Assembly (NCBI RefSeq): GCF_000006765.1
Contig: NC_002516.2
Reading direction: 5' to 3' (one strand)
DNA from: Pseudomonas aeruginosa PAO1
Lineage (GTDB): Bacteria; Pseudomonadota; Gammaproteobacteria; Pseudomonadales; Pseudomonadaceae
DNA: 64,000 bases
The position numbers and the translations under genes were made by a program. This document shows, piece by piece, positions 8,617 through 16,798 of the stretch; the stretch's first letter is position 1; every line of letters begins with the position of its first letter. The notes under the pieces were generated by a model. It did not search any database and was not told the origin of the DNA. It was given only the letters and a program-made list of their open reading frames with translations.

Positions 8617-10938
8617 TCAGAGCGCCTTGGGCAAGGGCGCGAACAGCGCGTCGATATCGGCCTCGTCGAGCTTCCAGCCGTCGCCGTTGCCTTCGCTGAA
8701 CAGGCCGTCGGCGAGGGCGGCCTTTTCCTGCTGCAGGTGCTGGATCTTCTCTTCCACCGTGCCGCGGGCGATCAGCCGGTAGACGAACACCGGCTTGTCC
8801 TGGCCGATGCGGTAGGCGCGGTCGCTGGCCTGGTTCTCCACCGCCGGGTTCCACCAGGGATCGTAGTGGATCACGGTGTCCGCCGCGGTCAGGTTGAGGC
8901 CGACCCCGCCTGCCTTCAAGCTGATCAGGAACACCGGCACCTTGCCGCTCTGGAAGCGCTGTACCGGGGCGCGGCGGTCGCGGGTCTCGCCGGTCAGCAG
9001 GACGTAGTCGACGCCGCGCTGGCGCAGGGCGTCCTCGATCAGCGCGAGCATCGAGGTGAACTGCGAGAACAGCAGGACCCGGCGACCCTCGGCGATCAGT
9101 TCGTCGAGCATGTCGAGCAGGTAGGCCAGCTTGCCCGAGCTGAGCGCCCGGCCGCTGCGCGCGCCGTCTTCCTGGCGTTGCAGCAGGCGCGTGTCGCAGC
9201 AGACCTGGCGCAGCTTGAGCAGCGCCTCGAGGATCACGATGCGGCTGCGCGCCAGGCCGCGCCGGGCGATCTCCTCGCGGACCTTGCGGTCCAGCGCCAG
9301 GCGCACGGTCTCGTAGAGTTCGCGTTGCGCCTCGCTGAGTTCGACGAACTGGGTGAACTCGCTCTTCGGCGGCAGTTCCGAGGCCACCTGTTCCTTGGTC
9401 CGTCGCAGCAGGAACGGCCGCAGGCGCGCGGCCAGGTGACTGAGGCGTGCCTCGTCGCCGTGCTTCTCGATCGGCGTGCGGTAGTCCTGGGCGAACTGGC
9501 GGGCGTCGCCGAGCCAGCCGGGCATCAGGAAATGGAACAGCGACCAGAGTTCGCCGAGGTGGTTCTCCAGCGGCGTGCCGGTCAGGCACAGGCGATGCCG
9601 TGCCGCCAGCTCGCGGGCGGCGACGGCGGCCTTGGTGGTGGCGTTCTTGATGTTCTGCGCCTCGTCGAGGATCAGCAGGTGGAACCGCCGCTTGCCCAGC
9701 TCGGCGGCGTCGCGTGGCAGCAGGGCATAGGTGGTCAGCACCAGGTCGTGCTCGTCGATGCGGGCGAAGTCGCGGCGCCGGCCGGCGCCGTGCAGGGCCA
9801 GCACGCGCAGATCGGGGGCGAAGCGCTCGGCCTCGTCCAGCCAGTTGGGGATCAGGCTGGTGGGCATCACCACCAGCGCCGGCGTGTCGAGCCGCCCGGC
9901 CTGCTTTTCCAGGAGCACGTGGGCCAGCGACTGCAAGGTCTTGCCCAGCCCCATGTCGTCGGCCAGCACGCCGCCGCTGTCGAGTTCGCGCAGGGTCTGC
10001 ATCCAGCTCAGGCCTTCGAGCTGGTAGGGCCGCAGTTCGGCGCGCAGGCCTTGCGGCGGGGTCGCCGGACGAGCCTGGAAACTGCGTAGGCGGCGGGCGA
10101 AGTCGCGCAGGTTGTCGCCGCCTTCCCAGGCCAGCGGCAACTCGTCGAGATCGGCCAGGCGCGCCGCGTCCGGTGCGCCCAGGCGCAGCTTGCGCTGCGG
10201 TTCGGGGTCGCCCAGGTAGAAGTCGGAAAGCGCCGCCAGCACCGGCTTCAGGCGGCCGAAGGGCAGCGCCACGCGCAGCGGCGGGTTGAGTTCCAGGCGC
10301 AGCACCAGTTGCTCTTCGTCGGCGTGCCGGGCGAGGGCGCGCGGATCGAGCAGGGCCGGGCTGCGGCGGATCAGTTCGGTCAGCGCCGGCAGCAGGCTGA
10401 CCCGCTGGCCGGCGACCTGGATGCCCAGTTCCAGCTCGAACCACTGGCGGTCGTCGGCTTCCTCGACCTCGGCGTACCAGGCGTCGATGGGCGTCAGGTC
10501 GTAGGCGAAGTCGGCGCGGATGTCGATGAACCAGCCCTGCTGGCGCAGGCGCGGCAGGTCGTCCTGCATGAAGTGCAGCCAGGCGTTGTCGCCGGGCAGT
10601 TCGAACATCTCGCCGGCGCTCTCCTCGAGCGCGTCGCTGCGCCGGGTCGCCGGCTTGAAGCCGAGGCGGCGCAGGGTCTCGCGGTATTCCTGCTCGTGCG
10701 CCGGACGCCGTTCGATACGCCGCTGGGCCTCCCGTGGCTCGCTGCCGGGACGCCCGGAAACCGCCTCGCCGGCATAGATGAAGGCCAGCGCCGCACGGTG
10801 CCGGGAAATGCTCTGCATGCGTCCGCTGCGCAGGTCGTAGCCGCTGTGCACGTGGCTGCCGAGGGTCAGCCGCGCATACGGCCGGGCCGGGTCGATGGCC
10901 AGGCTGAGCTGGGTGTCTGGGGCGGAGGGTGAAGTCAT
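8617..10938 (-). CDS. SNF2-family (DEAH-box) helicase/ATPase (PA0799)
   Basis: ATG at 10938 with AAGGA RBS, 773 aa; LADDMGLGKT (motif I), LILDEAQNIKN (II), LTGTPLENHL (III), FLISLKAGGVGLNLT (V), QASDRAYRIGQ (VI). Confidence 0.92.
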   Translation of the reverse strand: MTSPSAPDTQLSLAIDPARPYARLTLGSHVHSGYDLRSGRMQSISRHRAALAFIYAGEAVSGRPGSEPREAQRRIERRPAHEQEYRETLRRLGFKPATRRSDALEESAGEMFELPGDNAWLHFMQDDLPRLRQQGWFIDIRADFAYDLTPIDAWYAEVEEADDRQWFELELGIQVAGQRVSLLPALTELIRRSPALLDPRALARHADEEQLVLRLELNPPLRVALPFGRLKPVLAALSDFYLGDPEPQRKLRLGAPDAARLADLDELPLAWEGGDNLRDFARRLRSFQARPATPPQGLRAELRPYQLEGLSWMQTLRELDSGGVLADDMGLGKTLQSLAHVLLEKQAGRLDTPALVVMPTSLIPNWLDEAERFAPDLRVLALHGAGRRRDFARIDEHDLVLTTYALLPRDAAELGKRRFHLLILDEAQNIKNATTKAAVAARELAARHRLCLTGTPLENHLGELWSLFHFLMPGWLGDARQFAQDYRTPIEKHGDEARLSHLAARLRPFLLRRTKEQVASELPPKSEFTQFVELSEAQRELYETVRLALDRKVREEIARRGLARSRIVILEALLKLRQVCCDTRLLQRQEDGARSGRALSSGKLAYLLDMLDELIAEGRRVLLFSQFTSMLALIEDALRQRGVDYVLLTGETRDRRAPVQRFQSGKVPVFLISLKAGGVGLNLTAADTVIHYDPWWNPAVENQASDRAYRIGQDKPVFVYRLIARGTVEEKIQHLQQEKAALADGLFSEGNGDGWKLDEADIDALFAPLPKAL

Positions 10939-11124
10939 CCGGTATGTCCTTCGGCGAAACCAGCCGAAACCGCAAACAGCCGATATTACCAAGCTCGGCG
11001 CGCTTGCGCAGAGCGGAGATGGACGTATGGCGCGGCGGACGAATGCGACGGGATACGACCCGCACTCGTCGGACCCCGGCAATCCCTGGCGCGACGCGAC
11101 CTGGCGGTCGTCCGGAGCAAGTAC

Positions 11125-11156
11125 AAATGCGAACGTAATTGAGATACAGTCGCAAA
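11125..11156. promoter_or_regulatory. Weak candidate Fur-like box upstream of the PepSY module
   Basis: AT-rich AAATGCGAACGTAATTGAGATACAGTCGCAAA; TGAGATA-C-AGTCGCA is an imperfect 7-1-7 palindrome. The match is degenerate. Confidence 0.3.
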
Positions 11157-11263
11157 CCTTCCGAATCGACGACCGCCTCGCCACCCGCGAGCGCGGCGTC
11201 GCCGTGCCAGCCAGACGAGGTAGCGACGATGCAAGGCCCTGTTTCCACCCGGGACGCCACCCC

Positions 11264-11560
11264 ATGACCAGCCAGGCCCTGGCCGGCGGACTGTCCGTCA
11301 CCGGCCGCATCCTCGTCGCGGTCCTGCTTGGCTACGCGCTGGCCTATGCGGTCACCGCCTGCCTGAGCATCTACCTGCCGCTGCCGCGTCCCGACCGGGT
11401 CTCGTTCGGCAGCCTCGGCTGCTTCGCCGTGTGGGTCGCGGCCATCGTCTACGCCTTCGCCGCGCGCAGCGCCTGGCGCGCCTGCTGGGTGCTGGCGCTG
11501 GCCAGCCTGGCGCTGGGCGGCCTGGCCTGGCTCGGCCTCGACTACGGAGCGCGTCCATGA
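11264..11560 (+). CDS. DUF3649-like small membrane protein (PA0800)
   Basis: 98 aa, three hydrophobic segments (RILVAVLLGYALAY..., AFAARSAWRA); ATGA overlap with the next gene. Confidence 0.8.
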   Translation: MTSQALAGGLSVTGRILVAVLLGYALAYAVTACLSIYLPLPRPDRVSFGSLGCFAVWVAAIVYAFAARSAWRACWVLALASLALGGLAWLGLDYGARP

Positions 11561-13077
11561 ACCTGCGTCAATCGATGTCCGGCCTGCATACCTGGTCGGG
11601 GCTGCTGGTCAGCTGGCTGCTGTTCGTCATCGTCTTCGCCGGCAGCCTGGCCAGCTTCGACAAGGAGCTGACCCGCTGGATGCAGCCGGACCTGCACCTG
11701 CCCGGCGCGCAGTCGCTGGGCGCCGACCAGGTGCGCGACTGGTTGCGCCAGCGCGCCCCCGATGCCCATGCCTGGTGGATGCTGCCGCCGAGCGAGCGGG
11801 CGCCCTACTGGAACGCCGGCTGGGAGCCGCGCGACGGCAGCGAGTTCAAGGTCTTTCAGCTGGACGCGGTGAGCGGCCAGCCGCTGCCGAAGACAGTCGG
11901 CGGCGAGTTCTTCTTCACCCTGCACTACGACCTGCACGCCGGCATGGTCGGCCTGTACATCGTCGGCATCGCCGGGATGCTGATGCTGGTGGCGCTGGTC
12001 AGCGGGACCATCGTGCACCGGCGGATCTTCAAGGACTTCTTCACCCTGCGCCCGCAGGCGGCGCGGCAGCGCGCCTGGCTCGACGCGCACAACGTGCTGG
12101 GGGTGATCGGCCTGCCGTTCCACCTGATGATCGCCTACACCGGCCTGGTGATCTTCATCGTCTACTACATGCAGGCGGGCCTGCAGGTGGTCTACCAGAA
12201 CGATGGCGAGCGCTTCTTCCATGAAGTGCAGGGCTCCTACGAACGCGAGGAAGTCGGCCGCCCGGCGGGGCCGCCGGCGTCCATCGACGGCCTGATCGTC
12301 GAGGCCGGCAAGGTCTGGGGCGACGGCGGCGCGCCGGGCTGGATCAGCGTCCACCATCCCTATGACGAGGCGGCCACCGTGGACATCCGCCGGCGCGACG
12401 CCTCGCGCATCCTCGACGACCAGCGCACGGTCAACTTCGATGCCTCCAGCGGCGAACTGCTGCATGCCCAGCCGTCCTATGCGCCCGGCTACGCCACCTA
12501 CGGCTGGCTGACCGGCCTGCACATGATCCAGTGGGGCGGCCAGTTGGTGCGCTGGATGTACCTGTTGCTCGGGCTGTCCGGGGCGATGATGATCTTCGGC
12601 GGGTTGCAGGTCTGGCTGGCCAAGCGTGAGGTCCGCGGCAGTCGTGGCGTTGGTCTGGTGCGGGCGCTGAACCTGGCGGTCTGCGGCGGCCTGTCGCTGG
12701 CCAGCCTGGCGCTGCTGTGGGGCAACCGCCTGCTGCCGACGCAACTGGCCGGCCGCGACACCTGGGAGATCCGCGTGTTTTGCGCCAGTTGGGCGCTGGT
12801 CGCGCTGTGGGCCATCGTCCGCCGCAACAGCGGGACCCTCGGTCGCACGCAACTGCGCCTCGCCGCCGTGCTGGCGCTGGGCCTGCCGCTGCTCGGCCTG
12901 CTGCGTAGCCCGGAAGGCAACCTGTTGGCCAGCCTGCAGCGCGGCGACTGGGTGCTGGCCGGCGTCGACCTCAGCCTGCTGGGCCTCGGCCTGCTCTGCG
13001 CCTGGCTAGGTTGGCGACGTCGGCAAGCGTCGAGCAAGCCCGTCCGGCGACGCCTGAACGTCCAGGAGGTGGCCTGA
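11557..13077 (+). CDS. PepSY-associated TM helix domain protein (PA0801)
   Basis: 506 aa; LHTWSGL, FFFTLHYDL, WLDAHNVLGVIGLPFHLMIAYTGL and LTGLHMIQW His motifs typical of haem-binding PepSY_TM ferric reductases. Confidence 0.88.
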   Translation: MNLRQSMSGLHTWSGLLVSWLLFVIVFAGSLASFDKELTRWMQPDLHLPGAQSLGADQVRDWLRQRAPDAHAWWMLPPSERAPYWNAGWEPRDGSEFKVFQLDAVSGQPLPKTVGGEFFFTLHYDLHAGMVGLYIVGIAGMLMLVALVSGTIVHRRIFKDFFTLRPQAARQRAWLDAHNVLGVIGLPFHLMIAYTGLVIFIVYYMQAGLQVVYQNDGERFFHEVQGSYEREEVGRPAGPPASIDGLIVEAGKVWGDGGAPGWISVHHPYDEAATVDIRRRDASRILDDQRTVNFDASSGELLHAQPSYAPGYATYGWLTGLHMIQWGGQLVRWMYLLLGLSGAMMIFGGLQVWLAKREVRGSRGVGLVRALNLAVCGGLSLASLALLWGNRLLPTQLAGRDTWEIRVFCASWALVALWAIVRRNSGTLGRTQLRLAAVLALGLPLLGLLRSPEGNLLASLQRGDWVLAGVDLSLLGLGLLCAWLGWRRRQASSKPVRRRLNVQEVA

Positions 13078-13400
13078 TGCTGCTGGTCTTCGGCCTCAAC
13101 CTGCTGGCTTTCACCGCTCTCTGCCTGGCCATGAACCGCCACCACAAGAACCTCCTCGGCCACGAGCCGTCGGCTCCCCGGGTGCTTCTGCTACGCGGCG
13201 TGGCGCTGCTCGACCTGGGCCTGGCACTGGCCTTCTCGATCCACCGGCAGGGCGTGGAGATCGGCATCGTCTTCTGGTCCTGCCTGCTGATGCTGGCGGC
13301 CGGCACGCTGGTCCTGCTGCTCGCCTGGCGGCCACGCTGGGCATTGCCTTGCGCCGCCGGAGTGCCGTTGCTCGGCGGGGTGCTGGCGCTGCTGCGCTGA
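13077..13400 (+). CDS. DUF3325-like membrane protein (PA0802)
   Basis: 107 aa; AFTALCLAMNRHHK motif; TGATG overlap with the PepSY gene. Confidence 0.82.
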   Translation: MLLVFGLNLLAFTALCLAMNRHHKNLLGHEPSAPRVLLLRGVALLDLGLALAFSIHRQGVEIGIVFWSCLLMLAAGTLVLLLAWRPRWALPCAAGVPLLGGVLALLR

Positions 13401-13485
13401 AGGGCGCGCCGCCCATCCGTGCCTCGGGGGCGGTCCGGTCCAGCGTCTATGCTGGTGGTCGTGCTTTCCCCCGGAGGTATGCGCC

Positions 13486-13926
13486 ATGCACACGCCCGCC
13501 AGCAACACCGTCGCCAGCGTCATTCCCTGCCTGCGTTACCGCGATGCGCCGGCCGCCATCGACTGGCTGTGCCGGACCTTTGGCTTCCAGCGCAAGCTGG
13601 TGGTGCCCGGCGAGGACGGACAGGTGCTCCACGCCGAGTTGACCTACGCCAGCCCGAACGGCGCCAACGGCATGCTGATGCTCGGCTCGAGCGTCCGCGA
13701 CAACGCCTACGGTCGGCTGATGCGGCACGTCGACGAAGCCGGCGGCAATACCCAGAGCCTCTACCTGGTGGTCGCCGATCCCGACGCCCTGTTCCGCAGC
13801 GCCCAGGCCGCCGGCGCCGAGATCGTCATCGACATCAAGGACGAGGACTACGGCGGTCGCGGCTTCACTTGCCGCGATCCGGAGGGCCACGTCTGGAGCT
13901 TCGGCAGCTATGATCCCTGGGCATGA
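13486..13926 (+). CDS. VOC/glyoxalase-bleomycin resistance family protein (PA0803)
   Basis: 146 aa; VIPCLRYRDAPAAIDWL ... YGGRGFTCRDPEGHVWSFG. Confidence 0.88.
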   Translation: MHTPASNTVASVIPCLRYRDAPAAIDWLCRTFGFQRKLVVPGEDGQVLHAELTYASPNGANGMLMLGSSVRDNAYGRLMRHVDEAGGNTQSLYLVVADPDALFRSAQAAGAEIVIDIKDEDYGGRGFTCRDPEGHVWSFGSYDPWA

Positions 13927-13957
13927 GGCCCCGTCCATTCACCACAGGAGACGCTGC

Positions 13958-14779
13958 ATGAAAACGCTCACGCTGATCGATGGCCAGGAGGTCGCCGCCA
14001 TCGGCCAGGGTACCTGGCATATCGGCGAGCAGCCCGGAGAACGCAAGCGCGAGGTCGCGGCGCTGCGCGAAGGCATCGAGCTGGGGATGACGCTGATCGA
14101 TACCGCCGAGATGTACGCCGAGGGCGGCGCCGAAGACGTGGTCGGCGCGGCTATCGCGGGACGCCGCGAAGAGGTCTTCCTGGTCAGCAAGGTCTACCCG
14201 CACAACGCCAGCCGCGAGGGTCTGCCGGCGGCCTGCGAGCGCAGCCTGCGCCGGCTCGGTTGCGAAACCATCGACCTCTACCTGCTGCACTGGCAGGGCC
14301 GGTATCCGCTGGAGGAAACCATCGAAGCCTTCGAGCGGTTGCGCGACCAGGGCAAGATCCTGCGCTGGGGCGTGTCCAACTTCGACCTGGGCGACATGTA
14401 CGAACTGGACGGCAGCGCCTGTGCCGCCAACCAGGTGATGTACAACCTGGAGGAACGCGGTATCGAATACGACCTGCTGCCCTGGTGCCAGGAGCGCGGC
14501 ATGCCGGTGATGGCCTACTGTCCGGTGGGGCAGGGCGGCAGGCTGCTACGGCACCCGGCGCTCGGCGAGATCGCCGCGCGCCACGACGCCAGCAGCGCCC
14601 AGGTCGCCCTGGCCTGGCTACTGGAGCAGGGGGTGATCGCGATCCCGAAGGCGGTGACGTCCGCTCACATTCGCCTGAATGCAGCGGCGGCCGACCTGGA
14701 ACTGAGCGCCGATGACCTGCGGGCGCTCGACCAGGCGTTTCCGCCGCCTACCCGCAAGCGAAACCTGGCGATCGTCTGA
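13958..14779 (+). CDS. Aldo/keto reductase (PA0804)
   Basis: ATG after AGGAG, 273 aa; IGQGTW, LIDTAEMY, FLVSKVYP, IDLYLLHW, GVSNF and IPKA motifs. Confidence 0.93.
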   Translation: MKTLTLIDGQEVAAIGQGTWHIGEQPGERKREVAALREGIELGMTLIDTAEMYAEGGAEDVVGAAIAGRREEVFLVSKVYPHNASREGLPAACERSLRRLGCETIDLYLLHWQGRYPLEETIEAFERLRDQGKILRWGVSNFDLGDMYELDGSACAANQVMYNLEERGIEYDLLPWCQERGMPVMAYCPVGQGGRLLRHPALGEIAARHDASSAQVALAWLLEQGVIAIPKAVTSAHIRLNAAAADLELSADDLRALDQAFPPPTRKRNLAIV

Positions 14780-14932
14780 GTGGAGTACGGGAGAAACGGC
14801 CTGCGCTTGTTTCCCCTGGCCGCGGGAATATGACGAAGTTGCCGAGGAAATATTTAAAAAGGAATAAGTAAATATTTATTTCCTGCGTGGGAACTTTCTT
14901 CAACTTAACCTGTATTTTTCGCTGTCCCACAA

Positions 14933-14959
14933 AAAAGCCCCGTCGGGGACGGGGCTTTT
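14933..14959. terminator. Bidirectional intrinsic terminator
   Basis: AAAAGCCCCGTC-ggg-GACGGGGCTTTT between convergent genes. Confidence 0.85.
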
Positions 14960-14988
14960 CCTTGCATTCGCGCTGATGCTTGCATGAT

Positions 14989-15216
14989 TCAGGCAGCCAG
15001 TGTTTTCTTGCGAACTCGATTGATCACTTCTTCCATTTTGCCGGAGTCGTCGTACTGCTCCGGATACAGGCGCTCGCTGTGGCAGGCCACGCCATGCTGG
15101 TCAACGATGGTGAAACTGAAGTTTCCTTTACGAGTTGCCTGGATCAGGCAGTCGAACGGCGCAAATGCGGCGGTTAGGGTGCGAATTGCATCCTGAGTAC
15201 GATGTTGAATAGACAT
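14989..15216 (-). CDS. Small conserved hypothetical protein (PA0805)
   Basis: 75 aa, MSIQHRTQDAIRTL...RVRKKTLAA; AAGGA RBS upstream; followed by a terminator. Confidence 0.8.
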   Translation of the reverse strand: MSIQHRTQDAIRTLTAAFAPFDCLIQATRKGNFSFTIVDQHGVACHSERLYPEQYDDSGKMEEVINRVRKKTLAA

Positions 15217-15299
15217 ATTCTTATGTTCCTTTACTTTCACGCTTATGGAGCAGCGTATATTGCAAATGTTCCCGCTCCGTGACAGTGCCAAGAAAGCTT

Positions 15300-15590
15300 T
15301 GTGTCGGGGGAACGTACTGGTTATGCCGGCTTTTTTCGAAAAGAGCAAGCTGGCAGTTCAGGTACTAATCAGAGGATCGATTGGCAGGAAAGTTTCCAGG
15401 CCAGGATCCTGATCAATCTGCGGGTGGTATTGCGGGACGCCGGTCTTCCCATCGGCCCTGCGTGGCAGGGGATTGCTTCAGAAGAGTGGCGACCGAAGAA
15501 CCATCGGAAGGCTGTAACCCTGATGGTAGAGCCCTTTTCATCTGTGGGCCCGGTCGTGGGGTAAAGCCTGATTGACTTTCAGTTTGGTAC
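15300..15590 (+). ncRNA. Approximate location of the reported sRNA PA0805.1
   Basis: About 560-nt lower-GC intergenic gap with no credible ORF. Assignment rests on synteny and recollection of the PA0805.1 literature; ends and strand are approximate. Confidence 0.4.
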
Positions 15591-15776
15591 GCAGTCCCGG
15601 ATTGTATATCTTTCGACGAAGAAAGGCCAGGACATTTTTTGAGCAGATGTCGCCCCGGCGGCGGGAATGTTTGAGCATTTGTTTCGGCGGACGCCTGCCA
15701 ACCGGGCAAAGGTTATGGGCCTGGCGTCGGCGGCGCGTGGCAGGATTGCCGTTCCATCGCCGCGCCGAGGTTATTC

Positions 15777-16172
15777 ATGCCGTCGCCCGCTCGCACGCTG
15801 CTCCTGGCCTTCGTGTCCGCCTGGTTCCTGCTGGGTGGGCTGGGCCATTTCGTCTTCACCGATTTCTTCGTCGGCATCGTCCCGCCCTACGTGCCCTGGC
15901 CGCTGGCGGCGGTGTGGGTCAGCGGGGTCTTCGAACTGCTCGGCGCCGCCGCCCTGCTGGTGCCGGCATGGCGCCGGCTGGCGGCGTGCGGGCTGTTCAT
16001 CCTGACCCTCTGCGTGACCCCGGCCAACCTCTACATGTGGCAGCACCCCGACCTGTTCCCATCCTTCCCGCCGACGCTGCTGGCCGCTCGCCTGGCGCTG
16101 CAGGCGTTCCTCCTCGGCTGCATCCTGGCGCTGATGCTGGCGCGGGACGAGGCGCCGCTGGCACGACGCTAG
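15777..16172 (+). CDS. DoxX-like membrane protein (PA0806)
   Basis: 131 aa, four TM segments; GLGHFV...GIVPPYVP...SGVFELLG...TPANLYMW pattern. Confidence 0.82.
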   Translation: MPSPARTLLLAFVSAWFLLGGLGHFVFTDFFVGIVPPYVPWPLAAVWVSGVFELLGAAALLVPAWRRLAACGLFILTLCVTPANLYMWQHPDLFPSFPPTLLAARLALQAFLLGCILALMLARDEAPLARR

Positions 16173-16181
16173 GCGCAGGCG

Positions 16182-16253
16182 AAAAAAAGCCACTGTGCGG
16201 GGGTGGACAGTGGCCGGGAATGCCAGGAGATGGAGGAGCAATCGGACCTGGCG
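16182..16253 (-). ncRNA. Candidate small RNA, about 72 nt
   Basis: Minus strand: -10-like CTACTCT (+ strand 16259-16265), then hairpin GCCAGG-UCCGAUUGCUCCUCCAUCU-CCUGGC, then terminator GCCACUGU-10 nt-ACAGUGGC-U7. No minus-strand gene upstream accounts for this terminator. Confidence 0.5.
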
Positions 16254-16592
16254 TGGATAGAGTAGTAGCCGCTCTGTCGAGGGTCTGTATGGCTATTGGT
16301 GAACTTTGTGAAGAAGTGCAAAGTAGAGCGGCCAACGGACGAACGGTGTTGCACGCGGCGGGACGCTCGCGGTAGTTTTTTCCCATGATCACGTTTCCCG
16401 TGGTCGCCCTCGAAGCCCGGCCCCAGCGCCGGGCTTCGTCGTTTCCGCCCGCCGCGCAACCGGACGCAGCGGGCGGCGACCGCTGCGAAAGGCTCTGGGG
16501 TGCGCCCGCACGGCGTCCGGCCAACTTAAAGTTCGGTTGTGCCGACTGCTGTCATAACGCCATCGTTCAGTGGCCTCGGTGAGCCCCCGTAC

Positions 16593-16656
16593 CCCCAGTT
16601 CGCTGGGGCTTGCCTTTGGTGTATCCCTTTTGCCCGGCCGCGTGCCGGGCTTTTTT
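16593..16656 (+). terminator. Tandem leader terminators upstream of ampDh3
   Basis: CCCCAG-TTCG-CTGGGG (16593-16608) and GCCCGGC-cgcgt-GCCGGGC-TTTTTT (16632-16656), 140-200 nt before the ampDh3 ATG and in the same orientation. Confidence 0.8.
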
Positions 16657-16798
16657 ATGCCCGGTCTTCTTCCTTCCGGTTTAGCCGGGGCCCGCGTTTC
16701 CTTGGCCGGCCCCTGAACCTCATCGCTGCATCGACGTCCCTAGCTACAGGCGAGCCTGTGGCCGGAGGCTTTCCATCATCCGCAAAAAGGTGAAAACC

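Noticed and set aside
10939-11310. Extension of the helicase ORF to 897 aa
   Set aside because: Arg/Pro/Ser-rich non-protein-like sequence crossing the divergent promoter and overlapping PA0800; the RBS supports 10938.
14748-14930. 60-aa minus-strand ORF across the AT-rich patch
   Set aside because: Starts directly after a terminator U-tract, has no RBS, and overlaps the AKR 3' end.
15217-15500. las box upstream of PA0805
   Set aside because: Only half-sites (CTGCCA) were found; no CT-N12-AG match in the candidates checked.
16169-16459. 96-aa minus-strand ORF in the PA0806-ampDh3 gap
   Set aside because: Runs through the terminator hairpin, has no RBS or protein-like composition; a noncoding explanation fits better.
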